Assembly: GCA_907165135.1 (NCBI GenBank)
Contig: OU015568.1
Coordinates: forward strand, 8,618,001-8,682,000
DNA: 64,000 nt
Source of the DNA: Oikopleura dioica
Taxonomy: Eukaryota; Animalia; Chordata
Direction of reading: 5' to 3'
Part shown: positions 40,646-52,259 of the stretch, piece after piece
Layout: every line of letters begins with the position of its first letter
Position numbering within the stretch: the first letter of the stretch is position 1
Made by a program: the position numbers and the translations under genes
The notes under the pieces: generated by a model
What the model was told of the DNA's origin: nothing
The model's database searches: none
What the model saw: the letters and a program-made list of their open reading frames with translations, nothing else

Positions 40646-41637
40646 ATGGTCGAGTTAAAACTGAAATGCGTAACCTGCTCCGCTTCTTTTTCCTCCGACG
40701 AAATCTACAGCGCCCATCGGGAGGGGCATAAAAAGGCGGAAGAGTGGCTCCGGGTGAATTTGCCGAAATCGAAATCAACGAAGAGAAAACCGTCTCCAGT
40801 TAAGACCGTCATCGAGGAACCCCCACCCATGTCTATGATTCCTCTTGAATCACAAGGTATTAAAATTTTCTTCCAACCGCCTTTTCATCCCATTTTAGCT
40901 CAAGTTCTCCGACGAGCGGCGAAACCCGCCATTAGCCGTCGATCGGCCCCGATCATGCCAAGCCAAAGCTGGCGAAAAAGCGAACTCATGACAATCTTCT
41001 CGTCACTAGAACTCCCAGTCCCGCTCGCCCAGTCATCCGGAATACATTGAAGCGGTTAGAGCCAACTCCCGCACCAGCGGGTGAATCAGAATTCAACGCG
41101 CGGTTGATGGAATGCACGAATAAGCGAAAAGCGGAAATGCGAATGGACAAGGGTCTTCCACCGCTAAATCCGTACTATTGCCGCAATTTTATGCACAAGG
41201 AAAGGAGTTTGAAAAGTGATTGATGAAAATAATTCAGTAGAAGTTCGCTTGTCAAACTCAAAAATAGGACTGTTTCTTCAGCTCAATTTACTGGGCTTCA
41301 ATGCGACGACATTACGAATCTAAGCATCCTGAGACTCCACTGACCCTTCCTCCTTTGAAAATGCGCCACGCATGCGAATGTGGAAAGACTTTTCTTGAGC
41401 CAAATCGTCTTCAGGAATGCGATTTACAAATTTTCTGAAATAACTAAAGGAGAACTGTATTAACTAAACGAAAACAGTATTACTTTTTAAAAAGAGGGAT
41501 CATATTAAAAATCGCGAAAAAAGGAACACATGAAGTCCCAAAAACACATGTACCAACCAGACAAAAACAAAGTCCCCTACGAAAACGACGACTCGGTCAC
41601 CCACTGGCAAGACCTTGTTGACATGGAGGAAGCCTAA
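40646..41637 (+). CDS. Second, shorter C2H2 zinc-finger protein (tandem paralog-like); apparent 1-nt frameshift near 40960
   Basis: ATG directly after TTTTTCAG. Fingers CVTCSASFSSDEIYSAHREGH, YCRNFMHK|DCFFSSIYWASMRRHYESKH and CECGKTFLEPNRLQ|EHMKSQKH. Confidence 0.72.
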
Positions 41638-42818
41638 ACCCTATTTACTGCCCTAATTCTTTCTTGCACATGTGACATTTTTTTTGAATAAACAATCAAA
41701 CATGATCATCGAGAGGGACGATGTTGGCTGATACTCCACTTGAAGTGATCGTGAATTTGAATCAAGGGCAACCTTGCTTGGATTCTTGAAATTTTAGGGC
41801 GCTTTTTTGGGAATGGATTTCGGTCGGGAGAGGATTCAATTACAGGCGCTCCAGTCTCATGTCCAAATTTTAAAATGTCGCGTCAGAAGCACCTGACAGA
41901 AGTGTGAAAATCTAATTTAGCGGGCGGCTTACGTTTCTGTTGTGTACAAGCATTTGGGAACTGACGGGTCAAAAGGATAGCTGATGTTGGAAATAAGAAA
42001 TCTATGGTCAGATAAAATACTTCGTCGGATAGTTGCTGTGTTAGTTCAGTGTTAATTCATCAAAAATATGTTTTCTGAGAGAAAATACAAAGGTAGTTCG
42101 CTAATTGACCTATTTTCATAAAATTAAAGTTAAAGGTACAGGGCATCACTTGAAAAACTATCAAAAACGGAAAGAAATGCATAAAAAATTCATGCGCCAA
42201 ATGAAACGCGTGGGCGCACTATCCGCTCGCGGTGAATTGCCGCGGGGAAGAGCGCGCCCTCTTTGACTTGAGCTGCTTTCAGCGATTTCGAAATTTTTTC
42301 GTTTTTTCTACTACGCGCTTGACTCAGCGCTAGAAACTCACTTTCGGGCGTCATTTTTTTCTTCAAGAGATTTCTGGACGAAGAACTGAAGATTTTTAAG
42401 AGAATAATGAAATTGAGGAAGACCGGAGAAAAGAACAATTCTAGTGGATAATGATAAGGCTTCGAAATTTAGCATTTTTCGAAAGAAAATAGTTGGAAAA
42501 TCTCAATTTTCAGACTTTCGCTAAAAAATAATCTTTTTCACTGAGAAATATTTAATCGTGTATATTTGAAAATGTTATTAGAAGTAAGATAAAGTGAATC
42601 ATCACTGATTTTAAAAGAAAAATGAGGAAAAATATGGAATGTCGCTGATTTATTTGTCGAACATATCGATTTCGTGGCGTTTTTTTTTTAATTTTGCAAA
42701 AAGAAAGAATTGTAAAGTTCCTGTTAATTAGGCGTATAATTAAAATTGACCGTTGGTGACCTCAACTGACTGTAATTACAAACAAAAAGCGACAAGAGAT
42801 TATTTTTTCGGAGCCAAA

Positions 42819-45800
42819 ATGAGCCCTTCGCCCAGCGGCGAATCCAGCCGGAACTTCTTGTCGAACGATCAGAGCAAAACTCGGCGCCCTTCGAAAGCTT
42901 CTCAGGAAAAGGGATGGAATGAAAAGACGATTATCGATGGCCTCCTCCTCGGTTTATGACCTTTTACGGGTGTTTGAGGGTTAAATAGAAATGTTGAGAG
43001 GCGGTTGATTGATGATAATTAGCGCGAGATTTATTACCAGCGAGGAGAGTTATTTGTCAAGTTTTTTTTTCGAAGGAAAAATGTAACCCATCATTAGCAG
43101 GAAAAATGGCCTTGCAAATATTCTCACTGCTTATTTTCTGTTTACAGTAGGGCTCGCCAAAAAAAAGTCGATGTCGATTCTCCCTTACGAATTTTATCTT
43201 AAAATGATCCCCGTTCTTTTCTGATTCAAATGATGTGCTTATGTCACTCGTAAGTCTTGGGGAAAAAATTCTAGAGCTAGGCCGAAATTCCAGTTTTTGG
43301 ACTTCAATAACGTGCTATGACGTCATCTTTTCGGAAATTTCAATATTTTTTTCAATTTTTTAGCGTAACTTTTTATGCTCTTTTAAATAAGCTACCTTAG
43401 GTACTTTCAAGGGGAGAATCAGGATTTTGACTAAAAATCTTCGCTCAAAATCCTTGAAATTCACCATTTTTTGGCCTCGTTTCAACCTAGAAAACCTTAA
43501 ATATCTCGAGTTCCCCAATTTGCCCCCGCGCGGCAAAGGGCGCAAATAAAGCGCAATGATCTGTTCTATAGGTGATTAATCTCAGATCTACGGAGAATCC
43601 AAGTTAACCATGAAAAAAATTCGAATAACTGATAAAAAAATATCTGAAATTTCGATTTTTCTTCAGAAAAGACCAATTTTTTTTCAGAAGATGTTGTCAT
43701 CAGACCCTCAACGAACCCTTAAATTGAAGCTCAGAATCTAAGCTACAAGTAGAAGTCAATTAAAAGCGCTCTTTTAAGATTTCGTTTGATTATTTTTATA
43801 GAAAACCAATCAGTACCCGAAAAATAGCCATTTTTATCGAAAATTCGCTCTAAAAATTTTTCGCCTGACTTTAAGGGTATGGTTTTATGGGGAGTTTTGG
43901 GTTTTAGAACATGGAGAACAAGAAAAACATAACTGCTGACAGTTTTAAGTTTTCTTGGCGAGCCCTAGTTTACAGTACAAGTTCTACTGCAAACAAACTC
44001 AAGCATTACGTAAGCCAGATTTTTTTTCGCGAAATTTGCTCAAAAATCGAGCTGAGCTGAGCTAGATTTTTTGAGCTGGCTCAGCAAGGTCTGTCAGCCC
44101 AAAATTGAACAAGTTACAACTACAAAAGTAAGTGGCTGGCTGTCAAAATCCATTAGATTTTATGATCAAGCAGATGTGATTTGTTTCCGAATAGCTCGCA
44201 AACATTTTAGATGGATAAGAATTTGATTTGGTAGGAAAATCTTATCGCCAATTATTGATTGATTTTTAGATGAAATTCTTTACCTTTTGGTATTAAATTT
44301 CTTCTAATAAAACCCCGATAACTGGCGATAGAAATGCCTTATCAAATCTGAAGCTTCGAGATTATTCGTATTAAATTTTAAATATTTGCAAATTGCAAGC
44401 TACTCGAAAAATTCCTCCGGCTTGGCTGCTGAGAATAAAAGCTCAGGGGTTTCTCATGTTTGCCTGTAGCCGGGTTTATTTACTGTAGAAAGATAGCTGA
44501 TTCAGGGAGATTATCCTACACTAGTAACGCGCACTTGAGCACCTGAAACTGCGCATTTTTTGTTTACCAAGCTTGTGCTTTTGTTTCTCGAGGAGCTAGA
44601 ATAAAAAATGGTAATTCTAGCTCTAGCGGTAAAATAGAAAATCACTCAACGAAGGTAATAATATTTTTAGAGGCACGCGCGGCAAACGCATAAAAACGGT
44701 ATTTCAAATGGACGTAAATTTAAATGTCATTCAATTTTCTCGCTACTGGAACAAAATTTTCTCATGAAAAATCAAGCAATAGCTCCAGTAAAAGAAGGAC
44801 ACAAGAAACTTGAATTCGCGGGGAATGAGCTTATCGATCTCCTTATCAAATTATATTTCCCGCTGCGCGTAGAATTACCAAACACGATAACGCAGACCTA
44901 GGGTATCTGTTATCATCCCTTCCCACAGACGTATGCAACCAGAATTTGACAAATGTTATCCGGCAACTTTCCTGCCTCGCCGGCCATGCGGAAGAAATCC
45001 TCGGCGAGCATGCTGGCGAACTTTGGGTTCGAAACGAACGAATTCGCAAAATATCCGTTCGCGTAGATGCACTCACGGAGAAAATTAAAAGTCTAAATCC
45101 GAAAACATCAGGTAAGCAATCTTGAAATCATAGAAGAGTACCAAAACCGGATCAATATTTATCCGAATCTTAGATTAGCGGCTGCTAGTTTGATTTCATT
45201 AATCTTGAGATAATATTGAATAATATTCTAGCGGCGGAATAAATCTATTTTAAAACCAACCCGATTCTTATGTTATTTTTAGCGCAACTTCAAAACACGC
45301 CGCGGCGGGTCGTCTCCACTCCTCCTTTCAGGTCGCCCTCTCATGTAGAACGCCGTCTCTTCGCCATCAAAAGCCGTCCACAAAGGTCTGTCTCTTGCTA
45401 TAAATTCTTGATAGCGATGATTATCTTCAGTGTAGTCAGACTGCAGAGACAGCGTTTATTTTAAATGTCACAAAAAACGGCCGAGCTGGGGGATCGATTT
45501 TCTCGCGAAATAATCATCCCAGGGAACTCCCAAAGGGTGGAAATTGTAGCTAAGGGTCTAATCTGTGGCATGGTGGGGTTTAAAAATTCTAGAGATGAGT
45601 CATTATTGCGTAATTGACCTCTAAAGTTGAACTTCTCTAAAAATCGCCATTTTCCCTTTTCTAAAGGGCCGTTTCCCTTTTCTGAAAGAGAAGAACATCT
45701 TTCTAGACTCTCTCTCTCTTTTTTCCAGAATAAGGCCACCATTCAGGCCCCTTCGATAATTTCACGAAACTTAACTAAAAAAAAATAAAATAAAAACCAT

Positions 45801-48800
45801 AAAAAAACCAAAAATAGGGACAAAGTAAATTTTTAAATCAGATGGAGGTGGGCGGGGTTGGGGACGCAACTGAGAATGATCAACTCAGGCTCCTCCCGGC
45901 CTTTGTCAAGCCCCTTAAATTTGAAAATCAAGGGACGGGGCTGAAACGGCCCGAAGGGCCGTCAAGCCCCTTAAATTTGAAAATCAAGGGACGGGGCTGA
46001 AACGGCCCGAAGGGCCGTCAAGCCCCTTAAATTTGAAAATCAAGGGACGGGGCTGAAACGGCCCGAAGGGCCGTCAAGCCCTTAAATTTGAAAATCAAGG
46101 GACGGGGCTGAAACGGCCCGAAGGGCCGTCAAGCCCCTTAAATTTGAAAATCAAGGGACGGGGCTGAAACGGCCCGAAGGGCCGTCAAGCCCTTAAATTT
46201 GAAAATCAAGGGACGGGGCTGAAACGGCCCGAAGGGCCGTCAAGCCCTTAAATTTGAAAATCAAGGGACGGGGCTGAAACGGCCCGAAGGGCCGTCAAGC
46301 CCCTTAAATTTGAAAATCAAGGGACGGGGCTGAAACGGCCCGAAGGGCCGTCAAGCCCCTTAAATTTGAAAATCAAGGGACGGGGCTGAAACGGCCCGAA
46401 GGGCCGTCAAGCCCCTTAAATTTGAAAATCAAGGGACGGGGCTGAAACGGCCCGAAGGGCCGTCAAGCCCTTAAATTTGAAAATCAAGGGACGGGGCTGA
46501 AACGGCCCGAAGGGCCGTCAAGCCCCTTAAATTTGAAAATCAAGGGACGGGGCTGAAACGGCCCGAAGGGCCGTCAAGCCCCTTAAATTTGAAAATCAAG
46601 GGACGGGGCTGAAACGGCCCGAAGGGCCGTCAAGCCCCTTAAATTTGAAAATCAAGGGACGGGGCTGAAACGGCCCGAAGGGCCGTCAAGCCCCTTAAAT
46701 TTGAAAATCAAGGGACGGGGCTGAAACGGCCCGAAGGGCCGTCAAGCCCTTAAATTTGAAAATCAAGGGACGGGGCTGAAACGGCCCGAAGGGCCGTCAA
46801 GCCCCTTAAATTTGAAAATCAAGGGACGGGGCTGAAACGGCCCGAAGGGCCGTCAAGCCCCTTAAATTTGAAAATCAAGGGACGGGGCTGAAACGGCCCG
46901 AAGGGCCGTCAAGCCCCTTAAATTTGAAAATCAAGGGACGGGGCTGAAACGGCCCGAAGGGCCGTCAAGCCCCTTAAATTTGAAAATCAAGGGACGGGGC
47001 TGAAACGGCCCGAAGGGCCGTCAAGCCCTTAAATTTGAAAATCAAGGGACGGGGCTGAAACGGCCCGAAGGGCCGTCAAGCCCCTTAAATTTGAAAATCA
47101 AGGGACGGGGCTGAAACGGCCCGAAGGGCCGTCAAGCCCCTTAAATTTGAAAATCAAGGGACGGGGCTGAAACGGCCCGAAGGGCCGTCAAGCCCCTTAA
47201 ATTTGAAAATCAAGGGACGGGGCTGAAACGGCCCGAAGGGCCGTCAAGCCCCTTAAATTTGAAAATCAAGGGACGGGGCTGAAACGGCCCGAAGGGCCGT
47301 CAAGCCCCTTAAATTTGAAAATCAAGGGACGGGGCTGAAACGGCCCGAAGGGCCGTCAAGCCCCTTAAATTTGAAAATCAAGGGACGGGGCTGAAACGGC
47401 CCGAAGGGCCGTCAAGCCCTTAAATTTGAAAATCAAGGGACGGGGCTGAAACGGCCCGAAGGGCCGTCAAGCCCCTTAAATTTGAAAATCAAGGGACGGG
47501 GCTGAAACGGCCCGAAGGGCCGTCAAGCCCCTTAAATTTGAAAATCAAGGGACGGGGCTGAAACGGCCCGAAGGGCCGTCAAGCCCCTTAAATTTGAAAA
47601 TCAAGGGACGGGGCTGAAACGGCCCGAAGGGCCGTCAAGCCCCTTTAATTTGAAAATCAAGGGACGGGGCTGAAACGGCCCGAAGGGCCGTCAAGCCCCT
47701 TAAATTTGAAAATCAAGGGACGGGGCTGAAACGGCCCGAAGGGCCGTCAAGCCCCTTAAATTTGAAAATCAAGGGACGGGGCTGAAACGGCCCGAAGGGC
47801 CGTCAAGCCCCTTAAATTTGAAAATCAAGGGACGGGGCTGAAACGGCCCGAAGGGCCGTCAAGCCCCTTAAATTTGAAAATCAAGGGACGGGGCTGAAAC
47901 GGCCCGAAGGGCCGTCAAGCCCTTAAATTTGAAAATCAAGGGACGGGGCTGAAACGGCCCGAAGGGCCGTCAAGCCCCTTAAATTTGAAAATCAAGGGAC
48001 GGGGCTGAAACGGCCCGAAGGGCCGTCAAGCCCCTTAAATTTGAAAATCAAGGGACGGGGCTGAAACGGCCCGAAGGGCCGTCAAGCCCCTTAAATTTGA
48101 AAATCAAGGGACGGGGCTGAAACGGCCCGAAGGGCCGTCAAGCCCCTTAAATTTGAAAATCAAGGGACGGGGCTGAAACGGCCCGAAGGGCCGTCAAGCC
48201 CCTTAAATTTGAAAATCAAGGGACGGGGCTGAAACGGCCCGAAGGGCCGTCAAGCCCCTTAAATTTGAAAATCAAGGGACGGGGCTGAAACGGCCCGAAG
48301 GGCCGTCAAGCCCCTTAAATTTGAAAATCAAGGGACGGGGCTGAAACGGCCCGAAGGGCCGTCAAGCCCCTTAAATTTGAAAATCAAGGGACGGGGCTGA
48401 AACGGCCCGAAGGGCCGTCAAGCCCCTTAAATTTGAAAATCAAGGGACGGGGCTGAAACGGCCCGAAGGGCCGTCAAGCCCCTTAAATTTGAAAATCAAG
48501 GGACGGGGCTGAAACGGCCCGAAGGGCCGTCAAGCCCCTTAAATTTGAAAATCAAGGGACGGGGCTGAAACGGCCCGAAGGGCCGTCAAGCCCCTTAAAT
48601 TTGAAAATCAAGGGACGGGGCTGAAACGGCCCGAAGGGCCGTCAAGCCCCTTAAATTTGAAAATCAAGGGACGGGGCTGAAACGGCCCGAAACATTAATT
48701 TTTATCAAAAAAGAGTCGAAAAACCATTGAAAATGGTGTATCAGATGTAAAGTTTTGATATTTTGGGGTCAATCGAGGTCATGTGACCTCAGATGACCTT

Positions 48801-51632
48801 TTATGTTCGTTTATTTTAATCAGCATCAAAAAACAATCAAAATGATGTATGGGACATTATAGTTCCTTGCAGAAAGAAATGAAAGGTCATTTGAGGTCAG
48901 GTGACCTCAACTGACCTCAGACGAAAAAAAGGAAGAAAAATGACGTCGATTGATGGTAAAATCGACGTTTCTATCAATATTATATGTAATTACTCTATAT
49001 CAGGATGAATTACGTAATATTACGTAATTATGACTTATCACTAGAACTTATAAACCCCCCTAAGCCACAGATTAGACCCTAAGCTACAATTTGCGCCCTT
49101 GGGGGACTCTCCATGATGGATATTCTCGGAGAAAATGGATCCCCCAACTTCTGTGACATTTAAAATAAACGCTGTCAGAGCAAGTTGAACATCAACGAGG
49201 ATCCGTTACTTCAGCCATTTGAAGTGAGAAATGGACGATCTGGATCGATGATCAGGCCTAGGTCGCTTGAAAGCGATATTCTTCTCTTATCACTGCCACG
49301 GTACGTATTCTTGAAATCGTGGATCATTTGCGAAAGCTGGTCAATACGCCCAAAGCCCTTTTTCCACCATTTGACTACTGTTTCAGACAAAATTCCGCAC
49401 AATCCAATTCTCCACTGACGCAAATGATAATCAACCCACCAAGTACTCGTCCATCCGAGTCGCTCCCCTCTCCAATCTTCGGCAATCATCAACAAGTCGA
49501 TCCTACCGACCCGCAAAGAACAATCAGAAGAACAAACACGACCGCCACATGTGGCGCCGCTCAATTACCACCGAGCAAAGGCCGTCTCCTCCTTGATTCC
49601 GACGCTTCGACATCCCCGGAGCGGTCCAAGACCACCCATTCTGTTTCTGACATTCATGGCTTCGGTGACACGCGGCTTGCGCTGGTCCGGCGGTCGATGA
49701 TCGCACGGCGCACCCAGCAGCGACTCAGAGAGAAGCGCAGACGAAATCGAACGGTCGCACTTTCGCCTGAAGATGATCGAAGATCCAGCTTTATATCTAC
49801 TTTTCTCGATCAGAAATCGTTAGAAGACAGGTCCACACAAATCCCAAGCCAGCCGTCAACCCTTTCGAAAGAAGCAGAAGAAGCCACCAAGCAGCCTGAA
49901 AAACTGGGCGATCTAAACTCGACACTGACGGCCACTTCTCCAACGCAAATTAAAGAACCGCTAAATATGAACAGCTTGGTGCTACAGGCAGAAAACAATG
50001 AAAGCTCTTCCGGTTATTGGACGGGAGGCAGCACGATTCAAACTCTTCCTGATCGCTGTGTGCAAGAACTGAACGATCATAACCTCATGAAGCACAACTC
50101 TCGCTTCAATAATCACTCCTCCATCAGCGACCATCGCACCTTCTCTCCCCTGCTACAATCAGCAAAATCAGAATTCAGCACGACGGATTCCGAGCCGCTC
50201 CTCTTCGCGCGTCCCAAACCACCACCACCCTCACGCTCAGATTCAATCCCAAACTCGCACTCTGACTCGCAACCGCAAAGTCCCTCGCCCGAGCCGCTCT
50301 TGATTGAAAGGCCCTCGACACTCGTTGGTCTATCGGACAGCTACTTGAGCGCTGTCAATAGCTGCGAAATGTCTGTACTGACGCCGTCTGACGCTTCAGA
50401 ATCAGGCATTTCCTCAAATTTGGAGCAGTTCGCTTTTCCATCTCCTCCAAAGGTAACAAATATTATCACCCAAAAAATGCTATTTCTATTTCTAGAACAT
50501 CCCAAAATCGCCAACTAAAAATCCCCTCCCACCATCGTCTTGCAATCCAATGCAAGATGAACTAGCTGCGCGACTTTTCCACCGCCGCTCAAAGATCGAA
50601 CGAATTGAAAACGGCGAAGAAGAGGCATTTGAAAAGCCTGCTAGAACCTTCTCTTCACCAGAGCCAGAAAAGGTTTCTCTTTCGCCAGTTTCAAGCCCTA
50701 GAAAAGTCTCACCGAAGAAGATTCTTTTCGGAGCCCCCTCAAGCCCGGCGAAAAGTGACAGCACGCTAGAAGAAGACTCGATAGGAAAAGGTCGAAAGTA
50801 CACTGATAAGATTTTCTTGCTAAGCAACCAAAAAAAAAGCTCTTTTCTTTCAACCTTTCGAAAGAAATCACTGTCATCGAGAATCCCAACCGGGCTTTAT
50901 CAGATACTTCTGAAACCGAGCCGCTGCCAAAACCGGAAGACGATGAAGTCTTCGAACGAACCTCTTCCCCTGCTTCACTTTCCCCAATCCGTTCTTCGTC
51001 AGTTTCGCCTGGAAGAAGACCAGCTGGACTTGGCTTAGGCTTGAGAGCCACTCAAAGCTTATCTTCTAGAGGCCGCTCGGATTCAAGACGCGCGAAGAAT
51101 CTCTTGACAAAGGTTCATATCTTGCCAAAGAAGCGGCCAATAAAAATGATTTTAGAATAACACAGCGAATTTCAAATCCCTTCTTCTCCAAAACATCTCA
51201 GGAGGATCAAAGAAAGATCGAATATCCGCCGCAGAAAGACTCAAAGTTCAACCTGGCCAAACTCTTCAGGATCTTTACAAGCCAAAATCAGACTCAGCAT
51301 CAAGTCCGAATCGGTCAAAATCGGAGTCATTAACAACTGATCAAAGGTATCATCAAGCCTTTTTTCTCAACGATTACAGTAATTTTAGCCCGAAAAGACG
51401 GAACAAATCGAAAAACCGCTTCAACTCGGCCCACCGCCTGACCTCTATCGTTGAAGAAAAAGACCTCCAAGCGGCGAAAGAATTCTATCAAAACAACTAC
51501 TGTAATACAAACGGAGACAACTGTAACGATTCTACCGCTACTGCAAAAACGGAAAACTGTACTACCACTAATGACAACTGTACGAGCTCAGAACAACCCG
51601 CCGCCGATCAAAAGAATCAGACAGCAGTTTGA
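42819..51632 (+). CDS. NHS/NHSL-family (WAVE-homology domain) actin regulator; exon 3-4 region interrupted by a TIR element
   Basis: PFAQRRIQPELL...FS|DVCNQNLTNVIRQLSCLAGHAEEILGE...VDALTEKIKSLNPK is WHD-like. The long Ser/Pro-rich exon has LREKRRRNRTVA, SSGYWTGGST and PPPPSRSDSI. Ends QTAV* at 51632. Confidence 0.72.
43148..43967. mobile_element. 820-bp hAT-type MITE in the NHS-like first intron
   Basis: TIR TAGGGCTCGCCAA...TTGGCGAGCCCTA. Exact 8-bp TSD GTTTACAG (43140-43147 and 43968-43975). Confidence 0.87.
45449..49175. mobile_element. 3.7-kb non-autonomous TIR element carrying a 56-bp satellite
   Basis: The outer 24 bp form a perfect inverted repeat (ACAGCGTTTATTTTAAATGTCACA). Imperfect inverted similarity continues for about 160 bp (45449-45612 versus 49019-49175). 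Flanking direct repeat CAGAG (45444-45448 and 49176-49180); an AGA repeat is possible if the ends are 1 bp further out. Confidence 0.8.
45905..48691 (+). repeat. 56-bp satellite, about 50 nearly identical copies
   Basis: Unit AAGCCCCTTAAATTTGAAAATCAAGGGACGGGGCTGAAACGGCCCGAAGGGCCGTC. A few 55-bp copies have CCC instead of CCCC, and one has an A>T change near 47646. Confidence 0.97.
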
Positions 51633-52259
51633 TTGCTTTTTATTTAATTAGTAGTAATTATTATTTAAATCTTATCCTGTTTCATTACGTTTTTTTTTTC
51701 TTATCGTTCGAGTACTTTTTGTATATTTGAAATTCGCAACATCAAATTTTCCGTGCCTTGTTCAAACAAAGAATATCTAGCGCCTAAACTTTTTCAACTC
51801 TTTATTTCCATCCTCGCTTCTTGAAACATAAAAATTAATTTGCTTATATAAAAAATAAATGGTGAATAACTGAACTTTCATTTCTGTCGCTTGCTCTTTC
51901 CCTAAATTACAAAAGAATTTACATTTGCTTCTCTTAAAAAAACATCATCGTTTCAGACCTTGCTTCTTGAAATCATTCCGTACTTTCCATATTGAAATTA
52001 ATAAATTATTAAAAATCACCCTCTTTTCTTTTTTTCTTAAATTGTAAGTCATGAAATGAGTTTACTTCTGACTTTCTTACTTTGTTTACCTAAAGCTCGT
52101 CGCATTGCTCATTTTATAGTTCCCTGGGGAATCGTACGCGCTGTCATTGTATTGATTTCGCACCCCGAGTTTCCCCTCTGGCCGCACATCTTATTTTTCT
52201 TTTTATTCAGAAGCGAAGTGGACTGAGGGAGTAGAGAAGCCTCTGTTTCGCTATCTAAA

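Noticed and set aside
46078-47925. Higher-order periodicity of 55-bp variants in the satellite
   Set aside because: The spacing is irregular (about 1-9 units), and the variant is a homopolymer length change typical of sequencing error.
45905-48691. CRISPR-like array
   Set aside because: The units are head-to-tail with no unique spacers, the context is eukaryotic, and there are no cas genes.
45905-48691. Hammerhead ribozyme tandem (CTGA...GAAA)
   Set aside because: The catalytic core CTGATGA is absent; only CTGAAA is present.
49008-49044. Helitron 3' end (22-bp palindrome, 11 nt, CTAG)
   Set aside because: The CTAG and adjacent bases have an inverted counterpart at about 45587-45612, so they belong to the TIR. 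The following base is also A, not T.
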